NCBI GenBank assembly: GCA_030141605.1
Contig: JAQGDQ010000989.1
Location: 1 to 64,000, forward strand
Origin: Tubiluchus corallicola
Lineage: Eukaryota > Animalia > Priapulida
DNA: 64,000 bases
Reading direction: 5' to 3'
Below the pieces are notes generated by a model that saw only the letters and a program-made list of their open reading frames with translations, did not search any database and had not been told where the DNA came from. Each line of letters starts with the position of its first letter. The first letter of the stretch is position 1. Both the position numbers and the translations under genes were made by a program. Shown here one piece after another: positions 1-23,509 of the stretch.

Positions 1-3000
1 CCCCACCATGGAGTATTTCACCCTAGGAAGCCAAACAAGATCCGTGTTGTTTTTAATTGCTCCTGCAAGTGCAATGGCATATCTCTGAATGATGTTATAA
101 TGTCTGGACCAAATCTGACATCAAATTTATTAGATGTATTGCTACGGTTCCGAGAGCATGAAGTTGCTATTTGTGCAGACATCGAGGGCATGTTCAACCA
201 GGTCCTCGTAGATCCTTCACAGTATGACATGCTGAGATTCTTGTGGTATGATGATGGCGCTCAGATTGGCGACAGTCCAGTAGACTACCACATGTCTGTT
301 CACTTGTTTGGTTGTATCTCATCACCATTTTGTGCCAATCTGGCAGTCAGAAAGACAGCTGATGACAATGCTCATGATTTTGATGCTGCAACACTGTATG
401 CTGTAAAGAACAATTTTTATGTTGACGATCTGTTAAAGTCTGTCAGCACAAAGTATGAAGCAGTAAGACTAGCAAATAGCCTCACGGAACTACTGCAGAG
501 AGGCGGTTTCCACTTGACAAAGTTCCTTAGTAACAGAGAGGCTGTTATCAAAGAAATTCCGGAATCTGAAAGAGCCAAACCTATTCTGGACTTGCAACAG
601 AAGCTAGCTGATCCACCAATAGAGAGTGCCCTTGGAATTAGATGGAACACTCAAGATGATGTATTTCAATTCAAGTCTGTTCTGAAGGGCAAACCTACCA
701 CGAGGCGAGGTATCCTGTCTGAGACATCATCATTGTTTGATCCTTTGGGTTTCTTATGTGCTGTGATTCTACCAGCAAAGGTCTTACTCCAGCACTTGTG
801 CAAGCTAAAGCTTAATTGGGATGAGCATATCCCAGATGATCTAGAAGCTAAGTGGCTAAAGTGGACTACTAGCTTGAGCAGTCTTAATGACCTGAAAATT
901 CCGAGATGTATCAAGCTCATCAATTTCGGACCTGTTGCATCCACCCAACTGCATCATTTTAGTGATGCCTCGAATGATGCCTATGGAGTATGCTCCTATG
1001 TTCGGTTTGTTAATCAGCAGGGACAGATTCATTGTTGTCTGCTAACAGCTAAGAGCAGAGTAGCTCCTCTGAAAACACAAACTGTGCCGAGATTAGAATT
1101 GCAAGCTTCAGTTATTGCTGTCAGAATGAACAAAACAATTCTAGAAGCTTTGGACATCAAAATAGATGCTGTTGTTTTCTGGACTGATTCAACATCAGTT
1201 TTGAAATTCATCCAAAATGAAAAGAAGAGGTTCCAAGTGTATGTGGCCAATAGACTCGCTGAGATTCATTGTGGTTCAGATGTTAGTCAATGGCGTTATG
1301 TCAGTTCTTCGCAGAATGTTGCAGATGACATAACAAGAGGCATAAAGGCAGAACAGCTATCTGCAGACCACAGATGGTTCAAGGGTCCTCCTTTTCTCTG
1401 GAAAACAGAAGCTGAGTGGCCAGCACAGCCAACACTATTCCCAGTACCTGATGACCATGAAGAAGTGAAGAAAGCGCAGATCAACTTGGCCATCCAAGAA
1501 GAGCCAATAGACGAGTTGCTAACTTATTTCTCTTCATGGGAAAAACTCCGTAATTCTGTAGCTTGGTTCATCAAGTATAAGCATTACTTGAAGAACAAGG
1601 GAACAGGTTACCATGGAAAGATAGGGAAGCATCTGCGATATGGTGATCTGGAAGAAGCAGAGAAATCCATTATTCATCTGGTGCAGAAGATTGCATTTCG
1701 AGAAGAGATAAAACTGATGTCTCCCGCATTACCAGGTAATAAAGAATCACTTAATAAAGAGAAGAATCACCTAAAGTCCAGTCCTCTGTATGGCATCAGA
1801 CCCTTCGTGGATGCCGAAGGCCTACTGAGAGTTTATGGAAGACTAACCAGAGGTAGCTTCAACTATGGTTACAAATATCCACTGATTCTTCCCTACACAC
1901 ATCACATAACTGACTTGCTGATTCAATATTATCATGAATCATATGCTCATTTAGGCAGAGACTACGTTCTTTCCCAGATGAGACTGAAGTATTACAGTAT
2001 TAAGGGGAAAAGCGCAGTAAGAAGAGTTTTGTCTCGGTGCTTCAAATGCAAGAAAGAACGCTCCCGGCCTGCCGAGCAGTTAATGGCAGATCTTCCGACT
2101 GCAAGGATTAAGCCATACGATCCTCCATTTTCCAGAATAGGAATCGACTTTTTCGGGCCGATATATGTTAGACAAGGCCGTTCTACCATCAAGCGCTATG
2201 GGTGCCTTGCTACATGCATGGCCACCAGAGCTGTTCATATAGAGATCACGCACAATCTTGACACCGACTCCTTCATCAACGCATTTCGAAGAATCATATG
2301 TAAAAGAGGAGAGGTGCTGGAAGTCTGGACTGACAGAGGGACAAACTTCATTGGTGGTGAGCGTAAACTTCGTAAAGCTCTACAACTGTGGAATGAAGAA
2401 AAATTAAACAAGCATATGGTGCAAAGGGGTGTAAAATGGACCTTCAACACTGCAGGGGCCAGTCACCATGGTGGTGTTTGGGAAAGGTGTATCAGATCTT
2501 TCCGTGGCATCTTCCGGCAACTGTTGAAGGAACAAACCATTACTGATGAAGTCTTGCTGACTTTGATTGCTGAAGCCGATTTCATCATGAACAACAGACC
2601 TTTAACGGAGTTTTCCAATGACCCAAATGACTTCAGACCATTAACGCCAAATGACCTCATTCTACAGCGACCTTGCCCAAATTTGCCACCAGGCATCTTC
2701 TGCAAAGACGACTCTATGCTGAAAAGGAGATGGAGGCAGTGCCAGTATCTCGTCAACATCTTCTGGCGCCGCTGGGTCAAGGAATACATTCCAAACTTGC
2801 AACAACGTCAGAAATGGCTGACTGTAAAAAGAAACTTTAAAGAGAATGATTTGGTTCTGGTCGTTGATGAGAATGCTGCTCGGAATCAATGGACAACAGG
2901 CAGAATCACCGAAGTATTTCCAGCTCCGGATGGACTCGTGAGATCAGTTATGGTGAAGACCCCATCTACGACATTGCTTAGACCAATAACTAAGCTATGT

Positions 3001-3021
3001 CTCCTCGAAGAAGCTGAGTAA
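1..3021 (+). CDS. BEL/Pao LTR retrotransposon Pol polyprotein, C-terminal part (RT, RNase H, integrase); open from base 1, 5' end outside the window
   Basis: Frame open from nt 1 (PHHGVFHPRKPNKIRVVFNCS). RT motifs ADIEGMF and NNFYVDD, Pao-type RNase H LHHFSDAS and SRVAPLK..TVPRLEL, zinc-binding H..H/C..C, integrase GIDFFGP/DRGTNF/WERC, and C-terminal RPITKLCLLE. No stops in about 1000 codons. Confidence 0.97.
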   Translation, partial: PHHGVFHPRKPNKIRVVFNCSCKCNGISLNDVIMSGPNLTSNLLDVLLRFREHEVAICADIEGMFNQVLVDPSQYDMLRFLWYDDGAQIGDSPVDYHMSVHLFGCISSPFCANLAVRKTADDNAHDFDAATLYAVKNNFYVDDLLKSVSTKYEAVRLANSLTELLQRGGFHLTKFLSNREAVIKEIPESERAKPILDLQQKLADPPIESALGIRWNTQDDVFQFKSVLKGKPTTRRGILSETSSLFDPLGFLCAVILPAKVLLQHLCKLKLNWDEHIPDDLEAKWLKWTTSLSSLNDLKIPRCIKLINFGPVASTQLHHFSDASNDAYGVCSYVRFVNQQGQIHCCLLTAKSRVAPLKTQTVPRLELQASVIAVRMNKTILEALDIKIDAVVFWTDSTSVLKFIQNEKKRFQVYVANRLAEIHCGSDVSQWRYVSSSQNVADDITRGIKAEQLSADHRWFKGPPFLWKTEAEWPAQPTLFPVPDDHEEVKKAQINLAIQEEPIDELLTYFSSWEKLRNSVAWFIKYKHYLKNKGTGYHGKIGKHLRYGDLEEAEKSIIHLVQKIAFREEIKLMSPALPGNKESLNKEKNHLKSSPLYGIRPFVDAEGLLRVYGRLTRGSFNYGYKYPLILPYTHHITDLLIQYYHESYAHLGRDYVLSQMRLKYYSIKGKSAVRRVLSRCFKCKKERSRPAEQLMADLPTARIKPYDPPFSRIGIDFFGPIYVRQGRSTIKRYGCLATCMATRAVHIEITHNLDTDSFINAFRRIICKRGEVLEVWTDRGTNFIGGERKLRKALQLWNEEKLNKHMVQRGVKWTFNTAGASHHGGVWERCIRSFRGIFRQLLKEQTITDEVLLTLIAEADFIMNNRPLTEFSNDPNDFRPLTPNDLILQRPCPNLPPGIFCKDDSMLKRRWRQCQYLVNIFWRRWVKEYIPNLQQRQKWLTVKRNFKENDLVLVVDENAARNQWTTGRITEVFPAPDGLVRSVMVKTPSTTLLRPITKLCLLEEAE

Positions 3022-3772
3022 AATTCTGTGTAATGTGTTGATATACACTTTAATTCTAAAGTACGAATTATTTCATATTTGTCATATATAGTTACGTTTA
3101 TTTGACCTAATGACTGCAGTATTGTTGGTAAGAAATGACCTTGCCTTTATTATTTAGTTATTTAAATTTGATGCTGCAATAGTTCGCTGTTATGCGAAAA
3201 ATTTGATTCTGTGTTAATTTTGTGAATTAAGTGTTATTCATGAATGTGTGATTTAGTTTACAATTTTGCCAAATTAATTGCCAGTAATTTGAAATGTATG
3301 TCAAATATTTGCTTAAATCTTTCAGACAAAATTAACATTAAATTCTATCACTTGGCAGTATGCCAACTTTGTGATAATGTAATTCTAAATTTTATATGAT
3401 GTGTTACATAGAACTTAGCATTGAACGACATTTGCCTTTGCTAACTGTTATAAGCTATCAAAGTCACTATCGCATCAGATTCTGTTTTATTACATCGTAT
3501 CTTATTATCGATTCGTTATTTGATTCATTGCTTTGTAGTGCTTTAGCTAACAGTATTTATCTGTAACTTTCATGTTTGGAATTATTTCACTCAAAGTGTT
3601 TCACTGGAATAGTGTTAACTATCAAACTGTATGATTGTTCAGTTTTGACTGAAATATTTAGTTGTACTAAATAGCATCTAAGTGTTACTGTTCAGAGTTC
3701 ATGTAATATTGTCAGTGACTTACAAGCAGATTATTGTAATGACCACTTTATAAGCGCTCATTAGGAGCCGGG

Positions 3773-4041
3773 TGTAGCAGACTTAGCTTTCTTTTTGTTA
3801 ATCTTACTTATCGTGCACGAGGCGCCATCTGTGACGTGAATGTAAAGCTTTTGGTTTTGGCCAGCTTTTCTGTTTGTTACCTGCTAGTCACCTGTCTGTC
3901 ATTACACACCTGTGCTCTGAACAGTCAGGTTAATCCACTTATGGGAGCTGTTGAACATTTATGTTATACTGGACATACTAATTATGTTAATAAAGCATTC
4001 AGTGGTATTAACCTCTGTTTACAGTGTTTTCTGTGACTACA
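3773..4041 (+). repeat. 3' LTR of the BEL/Pao element (~269 bp)
   Basis: Starts TGTAG directly after the PPT and ends CTACA (inverted termini); internal AATAAA at 3989-3994. The 5' LTR is not in the window, so identity and TSD cannot be checked. Confidence 0.75.
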
Positions 4042-4130
4042 GACATAGCTACTTATGTATCACAATAATAAAAATTTCCTGTAAATTTTTGATAATTATC
4101 ATGGAGTGATGTTTTAATCAAATTGATTAG

Positions 4131-4412
4131 ATACTGTTCTACATACCTGGCCATACCATTCTACATACCTGGCCATACCATGCTGCATGCCTGGCCATAC
4201 CGTTCTACATACCTGGCCATACAGTGCTACATACCTGGCCATACCATTCTACATACCTGGCCATACCATGCTGCATGCCTGGCCATACCGTGCTACATTC
4301 CTGGCCATACCGTGCTACATACCTGGCCATACTGTTCTACATACCTGGTCATACTATTCTACATACCTGGCCATACCGTGCTACATACCTGGCCATACCG
4401 TTCTTCATACCC
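4131..4412. repeat. 22-bp minisatellite, ~13 copies (ACATACCTGGCCATACCRTKCT)
   Basis: Direct tandem units visible; it explains the three overlapping repetitive ORFs at 4123-4458. Confidence 0.93.
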
Positions 4413-4600
4413 GACAATGATGTTGTGTTCTTTTTTTGGTAGGCAACATGAACTTTAGTGTACAAAATTTGCAAAATCCATACATCAGAAATTAATGAGC
4501 CCAAGTTACCCGACTAGCATTTCACTCCATTGTCCTGAATTTTAAAATTTCTATCATTAAAGCATGTGAACCTCAGTAACAATTATGTTGTATTTTATAA

Positions 4601-4693
4601 GAACTCAAAAAACTTCCTCGTGCTTTCTTGTGAAACTGTTGGAATTCTTCTGTGCGAATGCGAGCATGGGTTCGAATCCCACTTCTGACACCA
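4601..4693 (+). pseudogene. 3' part of a tRNA-Leu(CAA)-like gene (intron-type), 5' half missing
   Basis: GCATGGGTTCGAATCCCACTTCTGACA-CCA matches the T-arm and acceptor 3' strand of eukaryotic tRNA-Leu(CAA). Upstream ACTCAA plus a ~35-nt spacer plus TTCT..CGAATG resemble the anticodon, intron and variable arm. No GTCAG.. 5' acceptor strand or D-arm. Confidence 0.6.
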
Positions 4694-4858
4694 CAAAGTG
4701 AACTGTTTAACTAGAGATATTATTTACTAGATGTTTATTGCAACCATTAAAATACTGAACACACAATAACGATATAAACTCACAGAACTAAATAGTCCGC
4801 TAGACATTCAGCAAACGTTCTTTCCATACGCATTTGTTGTTTCATTTTTGTGTTGCAG

Positions 4859-4968
4859 AACAATACCGTATCTTTCCTACCGACGCTTGCAGGACAATAT
4901 GTTCCATCACCTGTGTATTATTTGGGACAGAGGCAGTTATGATATTATTGTTGATGCTATTTACGAAG
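4859..4968 (+). CDS. Pentraxin/LamG-like domain exon (partial gene)
   Basis: TTGCAG acceptor and G|GTAAG donor. Translates TIPYLSYRRLQDNMFHHLCIIWDRGSYDIIVDAIYE, matching the pentraxin D..WHHIC.TW...G....VDG motif. Its phase-1 end fits the next exon. Confidence 0.72.
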
Positions 4969-5129
4969 GTAAGTAGTTTAATTAGGGCGTGGGCCAGGCT
5001 TTCCCTTAATTCTGCTGGGACTAATGGACTGGTCCCGTATTATTTTTACTATCCTGTAATGTTTATCGTTGTTTCTTAATCTGCTGATTGTTCATTTCTG
5101 TGAATGTTCACAGTTTCCTGGTTATTAAC

Positions 5130-5136
5130 TTTCTCT

Positions 5137-5186
<50 letters not shown>

Positions 5187-5216
5187 TTCTCTCTCTGTTT
5201 CTTTCTAAGTCTTTCC

Positions 5217-5264
<48 letters not shown>

Positions 5265-5421
5265 TTCTCTCCCCTCTCCATTCTTTCTCTCTCTATCTGT
5301 CCTCTCTCTCGCTTTCTCTCTCTCCCTCTTTTTTTCTTTCTCTGTCTCTCTCTTTCTCTCCTCTCTCCATTCTTTCTTTCTCTCTTTTACACTCTCTTTC
5401 TCCACTCACTCTCTCTTTCTC
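5130..5421. repeat. (CT)n/pyrimidine-rich microsatellite in the pentraxin intron
   Basis: Imperfect CT run; source of the LSLSL and ERERE ORFs. Confidence 0.95.
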
Positions 5422-5468
5422 GCAGAAAATCAGTTCGTCTGTCAAAAAAATGTATTTATACATTCTAG

Positions 5469-5639
5469 CCTCTGGACATGAAGATGACAAATTTAACAAA
5501 AGAATTCCAAGTGGCGGTGACCTCGTCTACGGACAAGACCGAGACGGCCCTGGTGGCAGTTTCGTGAAACAGCAAAGTTTTAAAGGGCAAGTCACAGATG
5601 TTGTCATGATAAGCAGAACTATGACATACGATGAAATAG
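5469..5639 (+). CDS. Pentraxin domain exon (partial gene; could instead read through to the stop at 5722)
   Basis: TTCTAG acceptor in phase with the upstream exon. RIPSGGDLVYGQDRDGPGGSFVKQQSFKGQVTDVVMISRTMTYDEI fits the pentraxin signature GG.LVLGQ.QD..GG.F...QSF.G...DV. Candidate donor G|GTGAGA at 5639/5640. Confidence 0.75.
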
Positions 5640-6666
5640 GTGAGACGGCATGTTTAGCTTTTAAAGAATTTGCAGAAAGTAATCTGCTGGAATCGTCTCT
5701 GACAGTGCAACAATTACATTAACTGGACTGTACCATTGGCTATTTGTTAATGAAAGATGTAAACCCTGTTCCAGCGGTCAAGCTTTCATTAGCTTCTGTC
5801 AACTGTAGCCTGACCAGCTAAATATCTGACGTAAAAATAAGTGTGAAACGTAGAAAGTCTGGGTATCATCTTGCCCCTGGCAAGGGTCCAGATTGTAAAT
5901 TAATACCCCAGAAATTTGGCACTTTGGGGTGATGTGTCATCTGTCATACCATATATTTATACCATCTCTGCCATGTATTTTTCATATACATGGATAAATA
6001 CACGTATAAAAAAAATGTCAAAACATAAAAAATTAAGGCAAGTTTTGGGTACTTTTGAGCTGTCTTATAGAGTTCACTTACTATCCTTTAGTTGTCGTAG
6101 ATTGTATAATTGGTAGTATGTATATTCGTCAGTTTCGCCAGTATGCAAATTCGTCTGTTTTGCCAGTATGTAAATTCGTCAGTTTTGCTAGTATTGATTG
6201 TGCCGACGTGGCGAGGTCGTTTTGTTTTAAAAATATTTTCATGCGGATTGTATCTGTACAGTAGAAGTGTATAGATGTTTGTTTGACTAAATGCACTGCT
6301 ACAAACAATTACTAATGATTTTGTCTAAGAACTATTTTTGTTGTCATCGAGTAATATCTAGTAATAGCCACACTTTATGTATACTTTTATACATTAAATA
6401 TGTTGTTTTGTATACATGAGAAAATCCCAGTAGCACCCCATATACGTATAGTATAATATTCATTGTGAGACCCATGAACCCTAAGTTCTGTATTATAGTA
6501 GTACTACTAACTATGTCATGAACTTGTGATTAGTACACACGATGAAGCAAGCCGAGTGATTTTGCAAACTTGTGTGAGGGATAAAATTTGATGAATGTGC
6601 GCCTGCGAAAGACTTAAAATGCACGTGTGAGAGTCAGCAAGTCTGTGTAGCTCAGAACCATTAGTA

Positions 6667-7110
6667 CCGTATTTTCCCGTGTATAAGAGACCCTTGTGTA
6701 TAAGAGACCCCTTCAATTTTTAGGCAAAAATTCTGGAAAAAAGTTTTTTCAGACGGACATTTTTAGAGGGTAAAGTACAACTTTTTTCAACTCAGTGCGG
6801 TACTGAAACCAAAATAAAACCAGTTAATGTGTTGTAGAAAAAGAGTACTGGTATATATTAAAGTGCGTACCTGCAAACCTGTAACAGGAAAGGAGATAAT
6901 GTCTGTGTCACGATGCTTGTATTGCTTACAACCGCTTCATAGTCGAACGCGACACGCAAAACAGTTGTAGAGCACTTATTTCTTTAAAATCATTAGTGTC
7001 ACAATTTATGCATCTTATTGAAAAGACTTACTCCCATGTATAAGAGACCCCCTATTTTTAAAGTGAAAATTCTGAGCAAAAAAGGGTCTCTTATACACGG
7101 GAAAATACGG
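6667..7110. mobile_element. Tc1/mariner-pogo-type MITE
   Basis: Perfect 29-bp TIRs CCGTATTTTCCCGTGTATAAGAGACCCTT, TA on both flanks, internal copies of the TGTATAAGAGACCC motif, no ORF. Confidence 0.93.
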
Positions 7111-7136
7111 TAATCTGTAGTTAGTGGCTCGCTTAA

Positions 7137-7743
7137 AGGAAGAGAGGATGATATTTCGTATACTATCCCATTGTCAAGTCCGATAAAAAGTATACATTTT
7201 AACACAATTAATACTGCAAAAGCGTTTCAAATAAATAAATAATAGATGAAAAACTTAATTAACAGCGAGCCCAACTATTGATGACATCACAAAATAACAT
7301 AATTTTCAACGGCAAAAATAGTCCACGAGCGTGTTGGACATGTTTACGAAAGCAAAAATTAAAGTACATTGCTACTGTGAGATATTCAGTGTGTTGTACT
7401 AAAACTAGGCAAGTTTCAAGATAAAAATTCAAATTTCAAACTTATCGCTATAGTCATGGATGAGCTGTTGAACGTGTATAGTTCGTCACAAACTAATACA
7501 TGTGAACTGAGATGTACAGCACCTGTTTTTTGTGCAATGCATTTCAGAACGCAGGCACTAGTGCCCGTCTTAATGGCCAAATACATGTAACAGCGAAGAA
7601 CTCGTGGCGCGAATGCGAAATTGTATTTGTGTTGTGATATTTCTTTCAAGTAAGTCATTTTTGAAAAAGTAGTATGTTCTCTTTCAATATTTTAAAGAGT
7701 AAATTGTTTTGACCTACAGTTTAAAACTGGGTCCAGTTTTCCT
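7137..7743. mobile_element. Non-autonomous DNA transposon with TTAA flanks (Kolobok-like)
   Basis: TTAA|AGGA ... TCCT|TTAA termini with short imperfect TIRs; the internal 7250-7340 segment recurs at ~61968-62082. Confidence 0.55.
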
Positions 7744-8356
7744 TTAAGCATACATCTCGGTCGTGGTTAGTAACTTAGAATAAAAGTTGAGAAGACAAAA
7801 TATGTGAAGCCTTCATTTTATAAACTACAACCTGTTCACCTAGGCGGGAAATTCACCTGCTTTACAGTTTTTATGCTGTACTGATGTTTGTTTGTTTTGT
7901 TTCAGCTTCATTGTTTACAAAGTGCTACGATGTGGTTGGAGACCTGATCACCTGGAGAGTGAATCAGATGAACGTAACTGACGTCGCATTGACGCCTGTG
8001 CTTTATTCTCATGAGTGTCCAGCATCTAGAGCTTATCTTTCCTGTTTGTAAACATGATAAAAAGATTTTCGAATTTGTACTCAAAGTTATAGCATTAAGT
8101 GATTTTTCAGTTTTCAACAGCATCTGATTGGACTTGCTCTAAGCATCTATAATGTTTTCTGGTTAGAAATAAACTTTCCACTGGGAGGCTGCTTCCATTG
8201 GAAGTTTTGCTTGTAATATGTCCCCAGTTCTTGGCAAGTTTATTCAAGATGTCTTTAGAAAAATTTCAGTCACAATTTTTTAGCATTAATTATACGCAAG
8301 CTGTTCTACTTCCAATAATCATAAGATAACTGTATTATCTTACTAAATTCAGGGTA

Positions 8357-8831
8357 CAATAAACTTCAGATAACTCAAATCTGACCGGAGTGAAAAAACT
8401 TTGAGTTAAGCGATATTTTGAGTTAGGCAATGTCGACCATTTTCCAGCATAGAAACTCTAAACTTCTCTACTAGATGGCGAGCTAAATAGAAGGTGGAAA
8501 GTCAACCTTTTTATACATAAATGACGAGATTTGATGACATTTACATAAGGAATGACAAATTATGTAGTGAAACACGATTTTTTATGTTAGACTTTTCCCG
8601 GAAGACGACTGTTTTTGAATTGTACAAAACTTTATTTTTCCAGAGTATAAATTGCATTTTTGAGTTAGGCAAAGTAAATTGCATGTATTTTGATTAAATG
8701 GCCCATAATTTCTTATTTGAATTGCACGTGATTTTGAATTAAGCAATGTTTTTTTGGGGAAAAACAAAAGATTTCATCCGTTCTTTGAAATTCTTTGAGT
8801 TAGGCGATTTTGAATAATGCGCAGTTTACTG
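8357..8831. mobile_element. Degenerate Tigger/mariner-type MITE
   Basis: TA|CAATAAACT ... AGTTTACTG|TA imperfect TIRs; repeated internal TTTGAGTTARGC motif near both ends. Confidence 0.65.
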
Positions 8832-10688
8832 TATAAATTAAAATTAATAATAATTTAATGTCAAATGATTAAATGATATTAAATTTCATTAACTTTAGCT
8901 CAGTAGTGTTGTTGATGTGCTTTTAGATAAATGTTCTAGTCTTTGTTGTCATGCACTACATAACATGTTCCAGAATACAGATAATAAGCCTCTGTTACCA
9001 TTTTGAAAATTGCACAATTGGGAGTTTGAACGTTGTCGCTTTTAAATTTTGCTTCAGGCTGATGTAATGTACCAGAGCCAATCAAGTTAACTAACAACGT
9101 TTAATTCGATTTTGTGATTTTCGTGTCACGTTTTGACTTTCAAGTTACATATTCTGTGGTCTTCACGTTTTAAAATTATTCACAAGTACAAAGAGAAAAT
9201 CACAGCATAAATATTGTAATATTCCATTGTTTCAGTTTACTAAGCTTTAGAAAACTGGATGCTTGGTTAAAATAACTTTATACTGTGCGAGTGTAAAATT
9301 TACTATTGTTACTCGTCAGCATTGTTCACCATTAATGGCATTTTAAACTTCATTTAGTACTTTAATAAGTAACAGGATTTTAAAGCACTAATAATTTTAC
9401 CATTAGGTGTTAAATTATAGTGTGAACCTATCATGATCATATAACATATATGTAGTGTATAACCTACCATATTGTTACATTATTGCTAGATTTATTGAAA
9501 CAGAACTCTTATAAACTACGTTGATAGTAGTCTTGTTATTGATATAGTGATGTATTATGATATACATGTATGTGGTGTTTATGATATTCTAGTAAATCAT
9601 CTAAAGGCTAATAATGCTGTCATGTCCATGGTCTATTTTATTATTCTAGTATATGTTCATGTTTAGCTGCTTCTCATTGTAGTTTATGATTGCAAAAAAA
9701 TTAGGGTAGCAAAAAATTTTTATTCGTTTGTTTTAATTATAACATTGCCTCTTATTTATGATATAAAAAGTTTATCCGAATCAGTTACATTTTTTCTTAC
9801 TTTTTTGTAATTGTTTGTTTGGTTATTTGATGGCGTCAGTTCTAATTCTTGACAGAATGATAATTATAATATTTACTCATTGACAGTCATTGCATGTATG
9901 ACATGTTGTGAGCATAATGTTGAACCGCGAAAGCAAATAAGTCAAATTAATAAGTAAGCAGTTTGTTTTTTAACCAAAAAGTTACAGAATCTACAATTCT
10001 TAATTTACAACAGAACTTAATTTTTGGAGGAAAATTAATTTTGATTGGTGAGCATCCGTAATGATCATCTAGTCAAAGACAACCATGCAGACATACTGAC
10101 CTGTTGCAACACTGTGTAATGTGTCAAAAACAATTGTCAACCCAAGGTTGTTACAAACTATTCGAAATTAAACTGCATGTTTTGCTGATTAACATGACAA
10201 TAGTCTACACAGAAGGTCACATTCACGGTAAACCATAATGGTTACAAAGCTGTGAAACATTATAAATTTATCAGCGACACGTTAAATGGTAAATAAAACC
10301 AGTTGAATAGAACGCAGTGGATTGTCAAGAATCGTAAATTTCGTTGATGTAGTGACTAGTGAGTGTAGAGTAAGCTACAGTGGAGTGTGCTTTGTGAGTC
10401 GGAAATGTGTTTGAATGCTTTTGTAATGTTAAAAGTGATTAGTATTAGTTTACTGATATTTTCTTGTATATTTATCGCTATATTTGCCACACAATGTTTT
10501 TCCCAATTAGCTGTATTTAGGCTACAAGATTTTTTGCTCTAGGTCTAGTTAATTCTTAGCTAATGCCGTAGTTAATTGTTTGATGATGTCTGTCTGACTA
10601 TTTTATCTACTCTTCAGGTTTGGATGCCTTATTGAAGATTGGTCAACTGTTCAGATAGCATTCAGCTTTCCATGGCATAATTATATAT

Positions 10689-22061
<11,373 letters not shown>

Positions 22062-22885
22062 CAGTTTTATCGCCCTAGTTTCTGTGTGAACCCCCTCCCG
22101 GGGTGCAGGAAGCACAGTGCCTTATAACAAATATTTTTCTAATGTTTGTTATGCATTAAGTAATTCAATATAGGCCTTTTGTATCGTGGATGATGAACTA
22201 TGATTATGGATAATATAAATAGCAAAATCTGAGATAATTAATTTATATTTTAGAATAGAGCAAAAGCTCTTTATACCACCTGCTCTAGCACTGTAAAAAA
22301 GATTTAAATTTATTCCTCACAAAAGTTTGCATCATAGGGAGTTTGTCATTATAACGAGATGCATTAATATGTACTTGTGTATGCAAATATAGACATTTTG
22401 TTTTGTTAAAATATTTGTGTTAGAATAAAATTTTGCTATGGCAGGCTCCCAGTTTCGATTTCTGTTCGACTATAGTGTAAGATACTTCTTTCACATCCCA
22501 TTCATCCATTTGAATGATTTTGATTAAAATTGCATTAAATTTTGGCCATTTACTCAATACGATACATGGATACTGTGTATTCTGTCTATTCTATTAACAA
22601 AAATTAGTATTCTTCCACCTCTCCAAGGTAGGAGGATTCTATACTCTTATATACATGATTGTAACTTTATAAAACATACATTTTAGACTAGCACTTTATT
22701 TATTGCAAATTTAAATAATCTTACATTTGTATAAACTTTATGCCACTGGGTTAAAAATAAATTAAATTGGAAGTAAAATTCTATGTTTTTTGCTTTGATG
22801 TTTTTTTGATAAAGGAAATGTTCGCACGTTCGTTATTTGTACAAGCATGTTGTTGGCATGACGATGACATACTATGTCAAATGGC

Positions 22886-23509
22886 TACCTAGCGTATTTG
22901 TATGTGACGCGCTTTGAACAAGTACGGTTCTTCAGAATACCTAGCGTATTTGTATGTGACACGCTTTGAGCAAGTACGGTTCTTCAGGATGCCTAGTGTA
23001 TTTGTATGTGACACGCTTTGAACAAGTACGGTTCTTCAGAATACCTAGCGTATTTGTATGTGACACGCTTTGAACAAGTACGGTTCTTCAGAATACCTAG
23101 CGTGTTTGCATGTGACACGCTTTGAACAAGTACGGTTCTTCAGAATACCTAGCGTATTTGCATGTGACACGCTTTGAACAAGTACGGTTCTTCAGAATAC
23201 CTAGCGTATTTGCATGTGACACGCTTTGAACAAGTACGGGTCTTCAGAATACCTAGTGTATTTGTATGTGACACGCTTTGAACAAGTACGGGTCTTCAGA
23301 ATACCTAGCGTATTTGTATGTGACACGCTTTGAGCAAGTACAGTTCTTCAGGATGCTTAGTGTATTTGTATGTGACACGCTTTGAACAAGTACGGTTCTT
23401 CAGAATACCTAGCGTATTTGTATGTGACACGCTTTGAACAAGTACGGTTCTTCAGGATACCTAGCATATTTGTACATGACAAGCTTTGAACAAGTACGGT
23501 TCTTCAGAA
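22886..23509. repeat. 52-bp minisatellite, 12 copies
   Basis: Unit TACCTAGCGTATTTGTATGTGACACGCTTTGAACAAGTACGGTTCTTCAGAA; 624 bp = 12 x 52; no spacers. Confidence 0.96.

Larger units (their letters stand above)
1..4041 (+). mobile_element. BEL/Pao LTR retrotransposon (3' portion)
   Basis: Pol ORF, ~750-bp AT-rich 3' UTR, purine-rich tract AGGAGCCGGG (3763-3772), then an LTR-like segment. Confidence 0.92.

Noticed and set aside
4123-4458. Three overlapping ORFs, and resemblance of the 22-mer to the 5' ends of 5S (GGCCATACC) or U1 (TACCTGG)
   Set aside because: The ORFs are by-products of the minisatellite; the matches are only 7-9 nt with no further similarity.
5088-5499. LSLSL and ERERE ORFs (also 53206-53571)
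   Set aside because: Translations of CT/GA microsatellites.
22886-23509. CRISPR-like appearance of the 52-bp array (also the 39-bp and 22-bp arrays)
   Set aside because: Units are contiguous with no unique spacers, there are no cas genes, and the context is eukaryotic.
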